NCBI GenBank assembly: GCA_003971905.1
Contig: RSEE01000054.1
Coordinates: 248,001-312,000 of the forward strand
DNA from: Moniliella sp. 'wahieum'
Lineage: Eukaryota
Length of the DNA: 64,000 bases
Direction: 5' to 3'
In this document: piece after piece, positions 37,282 to 50,659 of the stretch
Numbering within the stretch: the first letter of the stretch is position 1
Layout of the letters: each line of letters opens with the position of its first letter
Notes under the pieces: model-generated
Database searches by the model: none
What the model was told of the DNA's origin: nothing
The model's input: only the letters and a program-made list of their open reading frames with translations
Program-made: the position numbers and the translations under genes

Positions 37282-37824
37282 CAGTGGAGAGGAAAACGAG
37301 TGACTAGTGACATGGTGACTCAAACGCTCAAGGAAAGTGGAGAGCCTTAAATTATCGCGTTGGAGTACTGAGAGTCAGATTATTACGGGGACTGGCGTTG
37401 CTGTACCGCTTCCCTCACCGGCTTTTCTCTCCCTTCCCCTCTTCGCTTCTCGCTTCCCCCCACGTTGTTGTTAGCCAACAAAGTGCGCTCCGAAGCGCGG
37501 CGAACACATACGGTCGGGCGAGTAGACCGTAGCCAGTCAATTGCATGCGGATCGATGCACGATGCCGCGTCCCTGCTCCGTGTCCTACTCTATCCACTCG
37601 GCCACCCGCCTGGATCGCAGCGTCTGACATCCGAACGTCAACTGGGCCCACCCCTGCGCTCCATCCCAGCCCCCGCCACCTCCTAGTACCACTACCACTA
37701 CAACACGTAGAATGTTCTGAGTGATCTGCTTGTACGTTCACCGTGCATTCCCACACGCGGATTTGCTACAAACAGATTGCGGCGGCGGGGAGGGGGGGGC
37801 CTCCTCATGCATCATATCTCCCGC

Positions 37825-40800
37825 TCAAAACGAAACGTCCGGCCCCGAATCGTCATCGAGGATGCGCGGACCTCCGGCCGACGGTCGAGCCACTTGACAA
37901 AGGTGGGAAGGAAGTGCTTCGCGTGGCGCTCCACCATCGAGCCGACAAAGGAGCTGTCGGGCGACGGACGAACTCGTCTCGTCCTCCCATGCCACGGGCG
38001 TGTCGGGCGCACTGGTCATGCTCATACTCATGCTCGTGCTCATGCCCATGCCCACGCTCATACCCGCCCCGCCAGCGTCAAGTCGTGTCGGCGCTGGAGG
38101 ACGGCGCGGGCGAGGCGCGCTGTCAGTCGCGAGCGCAGCAGCCTTTTCCAGTAAGTACCCGGTAAACGCAACCAGATACCCATACCGCTGTAGGTACTGC
38201 ACAAACACCCCCGCAGCCGACGTAGGTTGTGGTGCTCGGCAGCGCGCTGCCGCGCATCAAATGTGGCCGTGCGTAGGTTCTGGACCGAAGCCATCTGGTC
38301 AATCGCCGAATCGGCCAATTGCTTGGCCAACCGGCCATACTGCAGGACAGACACCAGTTGAAGAATACAACGGTACTCCCTGCCCGAAGAATTTCTCGTC
38401 GTCCCAGTCTTCCTCCTGCGTGGCCGAGATGGCTTCGGTCAGGGTACGCACCCGACCCATCCGCACCCGCACTCCCCGCTGCCCTAGCTCTAGCCCCGAC
38501 ATGCCCGCCGCCTGGTCGTCATCAGGCTCCGAGGCCGAATCCTCGGAGCTTTCGCTCAGGACTTGTTGGGCCCCAGTCAAGAGATCATCGCCACTCACCG
38601 CAACGGTAGCAACAAGCGCAGCAATGATCATCCCCGTTGTCGTCCGTCCCCGGCCCATTTGGCAGTTCCATGCGCTCATCCAGCCACGCTGAAGCGCCGT
38701 ATGCACCCGAGCTTCGATTTTGGAGAAGGTCGCCGCTCTTGGCGCCTGCCCATCCGTCACGGCAATCCGAGCATAATCCACCGCGTATCCTCGGCAGCCT
38801 TGGGCATAGACTTCCCGTGGCGTCTGGATGTCCAGGTCTTCATTGTCAATCTGCGCCCCACAGCGGAATCACCTCGACCGGCCCGAGGCAGGCCCACCTC
38901 GTCGTGAAGCAGCACACGGTTGCCCCGAGCGCGCGACTCGGCAATCACGTCCCGTTTGAGTGCCGCCTCCATCCGCTCCACCACTTCGGTGGAAATGCCA
39001 GTGGCCTCGACGTTGGTCAAAGGCTGGTCTGCCAAGCGCAAGACGTGAGGACGCCCCTTGACATACAACACCGGTTCCTCGCGCAGCGAGGTCCATACCA
39101 CCCCGTGCACAGACGTCGACCCCGGCCACTGCCTGTCGTTAACGACGATTGTTTGTCGATGGTGGGCTACATCCCGAGCATGCGCATAAGAGTGCCGGTC
39201 TCTTGAGTGAGGCATCACCCCCTTTGTTGCAACCCGGCCCGCAAACCTTCAACCGAGGGCATCCCTGTTCCCCATACCACCCCTTTCCGCTAGGGCTTGC
39301 AGGTTGACGCTCGCTGATAGAGAGTCAACCGGAAACCAAAGGAGGGCCTCCTCGCGCAGGTTGGGCATTCCTTCGATCCGCAGGGGCAAGTTGCGCTTGA
39401 GAATCCCTGGGAAAAAGTCCGACTTGAGCAAAGTAAAGGGCGTGAGAATGTCACCGCTGCGAGCGCTGATCACTTCTTGCTCCTCCGTCTCCGTCACGTC
39501 AATATCGGCAGGCTCTCGGCTGCTAGGCTTCGTTTCTCCGCCGGCTCGGCTGAGCGCAGATAGGCGCCGGCCTTGGTTGGGAGAGGGGTGATGGTATCGA
39601 GACTGCGGCGGTCAAACTCTTGCGAGATGGTCTCAAGAACAGGCTGCGATGCGACAAACTTCTCGTACGTGGGGCGGAGGGGAGTTGGCTGTCGGTAGAC
39701 ATGAGATAGGCTTGAAGAATCATCAGACCAAAGTAGCGTTTCAGCCCAGCAATGCCCGACGCAATCCGTGCCGTACGCACCCCGCATCGGTTGTTTCGGC
39801 TGCTGCGGCACGGTCCTCCTCATCGCATCGCGAATGTTGAGGATGGTGGAGCATCGGTCGATCGCTGCATCAACCTTGCGCTTTACCTTGGTGCCCTTGG
39901 GCAAGACGCGGAGTAAACTGTTGATAATGCGGTACTGCAACGGTGTAGAACGGGACGTTTGCACCTCATCTTCGGCACCGGAGATGGGAAGGCGGGCGCC
40001 ACGCCCACTGCTTGGAGCTGCGGAAGCGTCACTCCCAGGCAGCGAGACCTTGGCGCCTGACCAGCCACTTCAGGCACCGAGGCGTGCTCCTCCAGCGTAT
40101 CCGCACCATCGACCCAATCCGAGACCATGGTGACAATGATCGAGGCCAGGGTACTGCGCCCACGGCCGAGTTGGTCATTGACCACAATCGGGGACGATCC
40201 GACCCGAGCTTTGAAAATGGTGATGAGCAGATCATCAATGTCATTGGGGTCAGGCATCCTCTCCGATGTGATGGGAATCCGACGGAAGGCCAGCTTAGTT
40301 GGCGATCTTTCGTCCGTCTCACCCAAGGCTGGAGCAGAAGATATCGTGTCGTCCTCGCCCGAGCCATTGTCCGATTCAAGTCCTGTGGCAAGTTCGGCCA
40401 TGTCGGACGCTTGGGCTGCCATGACCTCTGCCACCGTTTGTACGTCCTTTGGCGCAGCCTCGACCCACATGGGCACAACTTGGCCTCCAGCAGTCTCAGT
40501 GTGGAGAAGAATGCTTCCTTCCCCGGCCCTCAGTTCCATGAGCACATCATCCTTCAGTCGCTCCTCGAGCAGCTGCAGACGAGACCAGCTGATTCCGCTA
40601 AAAGACTTGATGTTGCGCAGGCTCACCTCGCTCGGACGAAGACAGTAGGGCTTGCCATTGATATAGACCAATGGCTCCTCACGCAAGTTGAGCCAAGTGA
40701 TGCGCTTGGGGGGGCTGAAAGAGCGGCGAAGAACGGTCAATAGGGCATTACGAATGCCATGCTGGGTAGGTTGCCCCGTGGCATAAACGTCCATGTGCTC

Positions 40801-42723
40801 CACCTGGGTAAAGTTAACTGTACCGGCAACAGCTAAACCAGCATGAGCTGCCGCCTCGGCAAACTTGTGCCAAATGTCGCGCTTGAGGATAGTGTGGGAA
40901 CGCAGCACAATACCGACCCGATTGCGGACCACGTGTTGAGCAAATTCATCCCCAATCTCGTGCTCAGCCTCGCCTCCCTCAAGCACAGTTGAAATGGTTA
41001 GCGGTTGGCCTGAGATGGCAGCACTCAGTACGCTCAGATCGGCCACAGGATCAAAGACGTAGAGGGGCATGCTCCGAGCGCGGATGCGCTTGACTCCACT
41101 CCAAATTTCGGGCCGGTTCTGGAGCCAGACACTGAATCGGTGACTGAAGATGGCCGTTTGGGAAGCATTGACATAGGAGGCAAACGCAATAAGGAAGTAG
41201 TAGCGTTCCAGACTGCGCAACGCCTTTGTCAGAATGACCCGCGCCTCCTGTCCGTCCTGCTTAGGATCCGATTGGCTCGTGGCGGCCGCATATTGGACGC
41301 GGCCAAGAAGGATCGCCTCACGCAAGTTGGTCACTTGGGCAGCCGCGTCAACAGCAATGTCGAGCGTAACCTTGTCCTCCCCCTGATCGAGAAGCCCAGT
41401 GAGCTGCATGATGATGCCAAAGTCACCTGAGCTTGCCTTGCGCAAGTTGTCAAGGAGGACAGGTTGTGTCATTAGAGCCATCATGATACTCTGGCTCATC
41501 TCACGAGGGAAAATGTCCGTAATGTCCTTGAGGATACGTAAAAGAGCTGTAGTCTGAGCTTGCTGCTGGTGGCAGCCTCGACGCTCTTGGCCACGGCTGT
41601 GCTGGGTCCACTGGGCAAGGCTGTGGCAGCCATCGAGTCAGGCCCCCGCTGGCCATACGCCTTGAATGGATCCGGGTACCCAAGAAGTAACATCTGCTTG
41701 CGCCGGATCAATAGGGCGGCCACCATAGCAAACGTGGTCCGGTTGAAGCCGGCACCACAGTTGGCTACGAGTGACGTGTTGCGGGGGTCGATGCGCTTGA
41801 TGATCTGGGCATAGGCATCCAGCTGGGAGACGGTCAGTCGATGCACACTCCAAGAGAGGGGAGAGAGAAGAAAGAATGCATACATAGTTGTGCTCAATCG
41901 GCTGGTTCTCGCCAATGGGAACGCGGTGATACTCGAGCTTCCAGCCGGAGCGAATGAGGTGCAAGAAGACTTCCTTGACAGTTAACACAGACTCGTTTTC
42001 GAGGAAAACCCAAGTTGGGACAATCCGGCCCCCGCTGTCTTCCTCATGGACCAGCAACATGTTTTGGTGACGGGCGGCTTCGCGATAAATGTCTTCCTTG
42101 AGACGATCCTCAATGCCTTCCAGATTTGAGGCGCGGTCGGAGATCTTGAGTGTCCGGCGTGGGTTTTCAAAGTCACGTAAGACGAAGGGTCTGCCAGAAA
42201 TGTAGATGACAGGTTCTTCGCGAGTGCAAACCCAAACGCACTTGTCGCGGGTTCTGAAGTTGGGATTGTGCAGTCCGCCGGTGGGGGTGTGGGTGCCGGA
42301 GGCTACACCGGCGGGGCTGAAAGTGCCGCTCTGGGGCATAAGAAGCGCAGCAGCAGCGGCCGAGGCGGGGTCGGAGGTGGGGGCAGGGCTGGTGACATGG
42401 TGGTGGATGTGGAGGTTTGGCTGACAGCCCAGCGCGGCGAGGATGGACTTGAGGCCGGGGATGCTGGGCTGGGCCGAGCCATACACGCCCAGATCGGCAG
42501 CGGCCTTGCGGAAGTTGGGGGCGCCGCTGAGTTGGATGGGCAGGTGGGAGGGGCGGGCGCCAGCGTATGCGTCGGTCTTGATGATGAGGCCGCGGGTGAG
42601 GACGTTGCCCTTGCGGCCGCGTACGACGGCATCGTCTTCACGGCCGGCCCACCAGGCAAGCTGCTGCTGCTGGTCGGCGACGGAGGGGCTGTGGGTGCCC
42701 GGGGGGAACGGGGACCCGACCAT
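37825..42723 (-). CDS. Paladin-like protein with three tandem PTP-like (inositol-phosphatase/phytase-like) domains
   Basis: Three repeats of W..(T/L)REEP..Y..G.P..LR, E.(R/A)LK.D and (Y/F).R(I/V)(P/A)(I/V). P-loops are NCGAGFNRTT, NDQLGRGRST and NCQMGRGRTTTG; GAPNFR in repeat 1. Intron ~41823-41883. Confidence 0.88.
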
Positions 42724-43452
42724 GGGACGGCGGGGGATGGGGGGGATGGGCAGGGGAAGGGGCTGGAGGGCGTGGACGGGGCGCAGAGCACGACGGAGAC
42801 TAGCCGGTGGTTGGTAGCTTCTCGTGCCCTGGCAGGTCACCGATCCAGCCGAGGCAGAGGCTCGGCTGAGAGCTGGGACACTGCCCGCGTGCTGGGAGAC
42901 GCGCGCCAAGCATAAGCGGGCCTGGGCGTGGGAGCGGTGACGGAGTGATAGTGACGCGAGTGACTAGTGACTAGTGACGCACAGACGGGGGACGCGACGG
43001 CGGACTCGGAGGGACGAAGACACGGCTATGCGAGGCGAGGCGATGGATGGTGGGGGGCGCCGCCGCCGCAGCAGCACCCGCTGCGGACAGCAAACGACGC
43101 CAGAGGGGGCGGTGGTGTCCGACGGCTGGATGTGGGCGTTCGACGGTCGATGTGTGAGCGGGACGGCTGGGCAGGCAGGCAGGCGGGCACTGGTCACGTG
43201 GCGCGAGTGACGTCACGCGCCTGCCCAGAACGGGTGGACAGTGGGGCGGGCAGCGAAGGACTAATTAATGACAGCCGCCGCGCTTCTGCCTTGGTCACAT
43301 TTTGCCCCTGGGCTAGCCTCCCTCGGCTGGCCTCTCCATGGCCTCCCCTCGGCCCCCCATCCACCCACCCCCAGCAGGCCTGGACGCCGCCGCCGCCACG
43401 CCCCGCTTGCCCCACTTGCCCCCCTCTCGCCTCTGCCCGCCGCCCCGCCGCC

Positions 43453-45993
43453 ATGCCCCCCCAACGCACGCCGAAGACCCTTCTTGCCGTCCGCTCCCAC
43501 CTCTCCGCCCGCCTCCACGCCATCCAGCACCCCCCGCCCCGTCCCTTGACCTCGCCCACCACACCCAGCCCTCCCTCGCCGACGTCTTGCCCCACCACGC
43601 GCCCCCACCCGACCTGCGCCCTGCCCTCGCCGCCGCCGCCGCCATCCCCTCTCCCCCTGCTCCGCCTCCCCCGCCCCACGATGGTCCTCGGCCGACCGAA
43701 CAAGAATCCAGCGCAAGCACCGCCCTCCCTTCCAGCAGCACCTCTGTCAACGCCCAGGCTGCTGCCACAGGCTCCGGAAAACGCTCCCTCCTTCGCTTCC
43801 TGCGCCCACACGCCTCCTCTTCTTCCGCGCCCACCCTCCTTCTTCCCAGCCACGAACGCCCCGCAAGCTGCCACGCCTCGTCGCACGCGCCGCTCGGCGC
43901 CGCTCCATCCCCCAGCAGCACCTACCCCCACTGACCTAGAATCCGCCCCCGCTCCCGGCGATCTTTCATCCGAGCCACTCCACTTTCATGTCCGCTCCCC
44001 CTCGGTGGCCTCCGCTGCCTCCTGGGGAGTGGTTTCCATTCACGCCGCCACCCCCAACCCGTGCCCGCGCCGTCTCTCACGACTCGGCCCTGCCCCCTCC
44101 CGAACGGCTCGACCCATCTAGTCGCCCAGAATCGCCCCTGTTGCCTGGGGCGGACGAGGATAGCGAGGAACAGAGCGACCCGGTGTTGGAGCAGTTGATC
44201 GCGCACAACGCGGCAATGTATGAGCAGTTGCTCCCCTCGTCACCCCCCTCTACCCCCAATAACTCATGTGCCCCACCTTCCTCCTATTCCTCTTTCTCCT
44301 CTTCTTCTCCTCTTCCCGCCATTGTGTCGGATACTCACTCGGTTTCCCCTCGCCTTGCACCAACAGCGCCTCCGACACCTTCGGCCAAAGGGTTCGCCTT
44401 CTCCCCTGCTCCTCCGTCGCCGCTGGCTTCGTCCTCCTCCGTGGTAGCGCCCGACCCGTCAGAGTTGATCCACGAATACGTTCACTCGCCTCGTCTGACC
44501 CGGATGGTGCAGCTGATGAACCCCCCCAACAAGGGACTGCAAGTATCGGTGGCCGATGTGGGCGACCCCGCCGGCCTGCCCGTCCTGGTGTTTCTTGGCC
44601 TGGGTGCGGTCCGTCACATGGTAGGGCTGTACGACGAGTTGGCGCATGCGCTGGGCCTTCGACTCATCTGTGCCGATCGATGGGGGGTGGGACGAACGGC
44701 GGCAGCGTCCACAGCTGAGTTTGGCGTGCAAGACTGGGCCAGTGTGATGGGCGAGGTGGCGGCCCAGTTGGGCGTGGAGCGGTTTGCCTTGTTGGCCCAC
44801 AGTGCTGGGGCACCGTTTGCCATGGCCACCGCGCTCGCCTTTCCCCCAAGTCGTGGGGCCCATCCATCTGTTGGCGCCGTGGGTCTCGCCCGACCCGGCC
44901 ATCGAACCAGGGTACCACTGGCTTCGCTATGTGCCCCACTCGCTTCTCCGCACTGCCCAAACCGCCGAATGGCACGTCCAAGGCTGGAAACTCGGTCGCC
45001 TTCCCGTGCCACCCTCTAGGACCCCAGCTTCCCCCACACCCACACCCACGTTTTCCCCTCTGTTTCACGACGCGCGTCAACCAGCACCACACCACACGCG
45101 TGCCACCTCCTGGACCCAGTCTCCTCCCCCCTTGGGCCACCCCGCCTCGGATGACGATCTGCGGCGAGTAGCGTGGAATGGGAGGGAAGTGCGAAGTACG
45201 AGCGTCTTGGGGGATCGGACGGAGGGAGGACGAATGCGCTGCGGGTCGGCCTCGGCGACACTGGGGCCACGGGCAAGCCCCATGGTCCTCCCGCCTCTTT
45301 CAACAGGGATGGAAGGCGAGGGAGAAGGCGAAGTGGAGGTACTTTCGCTCGATCCCGATCCCATGTCGGATGCCGATGCTGAAACCGAGGTTGACCGTCA
45401 CTCCTTTACCTACCCGCTGTCGTTGGGCACCTGCGCCGAAAGCACTCGCTCTTCCTTTTCGTCCCTAGGCGACGTCCAGGCCGCCCTGCCACGCACTGCC
45501 TGCCCGTCTCGGGAATCGTCTACGCCGCGGTCGCGGTCCCCTTCGCTAGGCCAATGGGTGCTTCGCGCATCCTCCCGCCATTCCAAGACGGTGCCTCCCA
45601 TTCTGGCACGTCGTCTGGCGTCAGTCTGCCCCATCGGCCGCGCAAACGGCCCGCGGGGAGCGTATTGAGCACCGCTTTACTTCAAGCAGCCCATGCCGAG
45701 GCCATTCACGGGGCGCTCCCGACCTGGTGCGCATCTCGCCACCCGTGGCGCCAAACCATGGGGGTTTGCCTTTCCCGAGGTGAAGCTTCCTGTGGTAGTG
45801 TGGCACGGAGACAAAGACGAGCGCATCTCCTTTGCGGGCTGGTGTGGATGCAGGCGCAAATGCCCTTGGTCGAGATTCGGCGGGTACGAGGTGCCGGTCA
45901 TTCGCTCATGATCAACTCGCGCGTGATTGTTGAGGTGCTGGAGAGCATTGCCAAGCACGCTCCCCCGGTCGGGGCCGACGAGCTGCTCCCTAG
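43453..45993 (+). CDS. Alpha/beta-hydrolase with long disordered N-terminus
   Basis: VSVADVGDPAG.PVLVFLGLG, DRWGVGRT, nucleophile elbow AHSAG, LLAPWV, PWGF..VWHGDKDERI, GAGHSLM (Ser-Asp-His triad). Ends approximate. Confidence 0.85.
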
Positions 45994-46947
45994 GCCCTGG
46001 ACCCACATGCATTGCATTGCCCATACCCCGCCCGACTCGGGATCGCCCTCTTCTCCCTGGCTGGTGAACTTCACCGTTGATACCCAACCCCCTCCCCTCC
46101 CCACGCTGCGCCCTGAAAATACACAAGGACGACACGACGCTCGCTTGTCTGGATTTCCTCCTGTCCGCCTCCTCGGCTGCCCGCTAGTATTTTCCACATG
46201 AGGAGGGCCATCTATACCTCCTTCGCTCTCGCTCTCCGCCACTCCCGCTCTCCGCCACTCCGCTCTCTCCTGCTATTGCCCGTGGCGGCGTGGCTGGTGG
46301 CGGTGGGCCTGGGGGGGCAGGGCAGAGGGGGGCCCAATCGCATCTCTCATTTGGCACCGGAATACGTGTGTGGCTAGAGGAAACGTGGGGCTTGAAGCTT
46401 GAAGTGCGGGGGACGGTGGATGATCGATGATGTGACAGGTGATGTGGCAGATGTCGATGATGTGGGGCGCGCTGGTGGAGACGGCTGCGGTATGCGATTG
46501 CTGATGATCGATGACGAACGCCAGCCTGCGCTCCGGGTGGCTCAGCCCCGGCGTCCTGGCAGTCAGCTCAGCCTGAGCGGTCAACGTATTCAACTTGCGT
46601 TCCTCGTCGCCGCGACATTCGTGAAAGCGACGAGGCCAACAAGCCATGGGGGATGCACGGGCCACCAGTCCTAGCTTGGCACTTAGACTTAGCACTGAGC
46701 TTAGCGCTTAAAGCTTAAATCAGCGCAACCCTGCTCGGCCCTGCTCGGCCAGGGAACAAGCCAAGCATACCGGCGTTATGATGTGTAATGTCCCCACTGT
46801 TTTTTTTCGCCCCACAGGCATTACATGTTACAGTTATCCAATTGAAATGATGTTGATCGCGGGTATATAGCCTCCCCCAGCTTCTTCTTTCCGCCCCCAA
46901 CGGCCACTTTCCCTGCATTCCCCTGCGCCTTCCACCAACCCTTGGCT

Positions 46948-48800
46948 ATGGCCTCCCCACTTGCCCTCACCATGCTCGACCTGCCCCTCCCGCTTCTTGT
47001 CCTTGCCATCGGGGGTTCGGTGCTCGTGGTGCTCGTGCTCCTGTACCCCGACCGTCCGGTGGGCGTGCACAAGGTGCCAGGCTTGCCCACCGTTCCTGGC
47101 CGCCTGCCACTGATTGGCAACTGGAAGATGATGTGGAAAGCAGTGAGCGGCCAGACGAAGGACGGACTGGACTATATGCTGGACTTTCAACGCACGCTTG
47201 CTCCAGGCGGGCGTCCGTTTGCGTTCCATGTGCCCTCGCTGGGCGGGCAAACGACAATGTTGAACCGGCCAGAGTACCTGCAGTGGGTGCAAAGCGGGAA
47301 ATCCCACTTTGACAACTACTGCAAAGGCGCACCCTTTAGCCGCAACTTTGCTGACCTCCTCTCTGAGACGGGCATCTTTGTTGCGGATGGCGATGTGTGG
47401 AAGCGGCAGCGCAAGCTCGCCTCGCGAATTGTATGTGATGGTCTTCTTTGCTGTTCCTACCATTTCCTACCACTCCACGTTTCAGGATAACAGTACCCAT
47501 GGCGCTGACCAAATATATCCTCTCCACCTGGACAGTTTTCCGTCAACAACTTTCGTTCTCATGTGCAACACTCTGTCCAACGTCACCTCGTTCCTCTGGT
47601 GCAGCTGGCTGAGGATGCAGCCGCTCGCCAAGAGGAGATTGTGCTGCCCGATATATTCTTCCGCTACACACTGGAAACATTTGGTATGATGGCATTTGGT
47701 GCCGACCTGGGATGTCTGCCGTACGTGCCGTCCTATCTCTCCGCCCCAGGATACCGAGAAGCTGTGATTCCCGCCACTCTCTGTGATTTTCCAGCTCCAA
47801 GGTAGCAGGATTAGAGAAACAGGTTCCATTCGCGGTGGCGTTTGACTATGCGCAGGCTGTGATCAATGAGCGTTTTATGGACCCAGTCTGGCCAGTGACG
47901 GAAATCTTTTCCCAACGTGGGCGCAAGATGCGAGCGGCGTTGAACACGATCCGAACGACCTGTTATGATATTATTGACCAGCGGCAGGCCAACCAAGCCC
48001 AAGGTGGGTCCCAAGGTGCCCAATCGAAGGAGGGAAAAGATCTGTTGCAACTCTTTATGAGCGAGGGCTTGACTCGTGACGAGCTGCTTCCGGTTGTGCT
48101 CAACTTTATTGCTGGACGGGACACAACGGCACAGGCATTGACCTGGTGCATCTACCTCCTTCACTCGGCCCCGGAAGCGACGACACGGTTGCGCGAGGAA
48201 GTGGCGCAAGTGTTGGGCGAAGGACAAGACCAGCGCTTGATGGAGTATGATGACCTCAAGAACATGCCCTACACCCAAGCAGTGGTGCACGAGACGTTGC
48301 GCCTCCAGCCTCCGGTGGCCAAGAACATCAAGTATGCTATTGAAGCAGATGTGATCCGGCCTTATGCCCAAGAAAAGCTGGTGGGCGGCACGCCCGAGAT
48401 CCGTATGGAACAAGCGCCGTGCCCAGTGCACCCCTCGGAGACGTGATCATCCAAAAGGGCACGACGGTGACCTGGTCAGACTATGTTATGGCCCGAATGC
48501 CTGAAGTGTGGGGAACAGATTGTGAGCAATTCAAACCCGAGCGCTTCCTCAAACCAGATGGGTCCCTGAAAACGTTTAGTCCTTACGTGTTCCATGCCTT
48601 CAACGCAGGTCCACGCCTGTGTTTGGGCCAGACGCTGGCTCTGTATGAAGCCAGTGCCGTCTTGGCTGCCCTGCTGGGCCAGTTTGATGTCGTTTTCAAC
48701 GAGGACGCTTTGGCTCGCAATCCTCCCCTATGCCGAAAGTATCACTCTTCCCATGCTCAATCCTTACCGTTCCAAACTCGTTTCTCGTGTTGTGGCTTGA
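46948..48800 (+). CDS. Cytochrome P450 (AGRDTT type, resembling fatty-acid hydroxylase-like families)
   Basis: N-terminal TM anchor, GIFVADGDVWKRQRK, AGRDTTAQAL, ETLR (ExxR), FKPERF, and heme motif FNAGPRLCLG. Intron 47431-47535. Confidence 0.96.
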
Positions 48801-49939
48801 AAAGCCCTTTTGGAAGCCCCACTTGCCGTATCTTTTTCCTTTTGCTTGTTAACATATGTACATTCACTGGATATGGCACACTTCTTCGCACTTCTTCGCA
48901 TGCATCACCATATCATCTTAGGCGCCCTCAATTCGTGTGTACCATCGCGCTCTCTCCTGGCCAATTAGCCAGCTATTAATATACAGACTCATCTTCATTT
49001 TCATAATAAGTTTGCCCAAACATCCCAGGAGTGAACATGGGGATAATCTCGCATAGTTGAACCCCAATATAGCTCTTGTGACAAGGCGCATGTGGTGTGT
49101 ATATCACAGTACGCCCCATCTTGGTGCTGGCCCGTACATCATATCCTGTATCAAAAATTGCTCTCTCCAGCAGTTATCTCATCGAAAGTGTAGTGCTACT
49201 GCAGACGTTGAATCAGTGTGCAAATTTTACTACAAGGATTGTGCAGTGGCTACAAATAATAGCCTCTTTTCTTGGTTTTGTGTCCATCCCCACCGAACAA
49301 ATAGTTGGTTTTGTGGGCACCCCTGGGTACATTCAGGCCAGGTTGGGGGACCTGGATGTGGGCCCGTGTAGCAGACTCATATATGGATGGTCCATGGACC
49401 ATGTTGGACCCAACCACATCCATGACGAACTGTACGTACCGACGATGTCAGGCAATAAACTCAACCCTATATGAGGGCGCGTTAGCGACGCGAACGGGCA
49501 CTGCTTTGTTGTGTGGCAGGGGGGCAGTGTGGCGGCGTGCTCATTAAAGTGCTTTTTTGGCTTTGCCAATCAAAACCGATTTAAGCGGCTGGTCTTGTTT
49601 CGCGTCGAACCTCCGTCCGGTCCTCTACCTCCTCCTCCTGTACCACCACATCGCAATGCCTGGTTGCATGTACACTTCGTCTACGTCTCAAGAAACCCGT
49701 GGCCGGTACGTATGTCCCTCACCACACACAATTGGTTGCTGGGAGAAAAAGAGACAGAATGCGCAACTAACCCCCTCTTTTTTGTCCGATTCTCTCTCTT
49801 TTCGTCATCATCTCTCCCTCTGTTTCTTCTTCTCTCCATTACTGCGTCTTGTGGATCACAGGCCACTCGAGCGCTTCTCGGGTGGTTTGAATTCAAGGAA
49901 GAAACACTCTTCCCCGTGCGCTCGGACCAAAGACGCGAA

Positions 49940-50327
49940 TGGCATGATGGACATGGATGCCGAGCCCTTCTTCGGCCCACTGGATGAGGAGCTAGACGAC
50001 CATCTGGTCCAGCTGAGCTCGGCCACCTGGAGACGGAAACAGTGCTACGTGATGCTCGGTAAGCTATCAGTGGAGGTGGAGGAGTTGCTGCGGACGAACC
50101 GAACGGTCAAGGGAGAGCTCAGCAGGACCAAACTGTTGCTTCAAGAGGTTGAAGAGCAGTACGCTGCCACAAACCAACGCTCGGTACCTCCCTTTCCTCT
50201 CCACCCCGCTCAACACGTCGAACGGGAGCGCCATCTCCTCCGTTTTGCCAAGTTCATCTCCTTCCTTTTGCCTCCGGGCCACCCCTGGTGCCTGCACCAT
50301 ATTCTGTATTACTTTGCCTACTATTGA
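49940..50327 (+). CDS. Possible small coiled-coil protein
   Basis: MMDMDAEPFFGPLDEELDDHL..VEVEELLRTNRTVKGELSRTKLLLQEVEEQY is heptad-like and follows a pyrimidine-rich leader. No family recognised. Confidence 0.35.
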
Positions 50328-50659
50328 GTGACCCCCTTTCAAAAAGAGACCGACTATCCCTTTATCATTTTCCAACACATGCGCAACAATCATTAAGGAT
50401 CCCACTAAACATTTCCAACCACCATTAACCCCTCCCGGTTTCGCACCTTTTGTCTATACTATCGAAAACATTTGCATCTTCTTCTTCTCTTCTTGCCGCA
50501 GTAAAGCACGCTCCCTTTATGATCCACATCCTCGCAGAACGCGCTCTTCTCGGGCGTAGAGACAAGCGAAAGGGGCTCAGAACACACAGTGGATGTGGTA
50601 TTCGTAGAAGCGCAATGAGTAAAATGCATATAGATGCTTAGTCTGTCGGTTGTAGGAGT

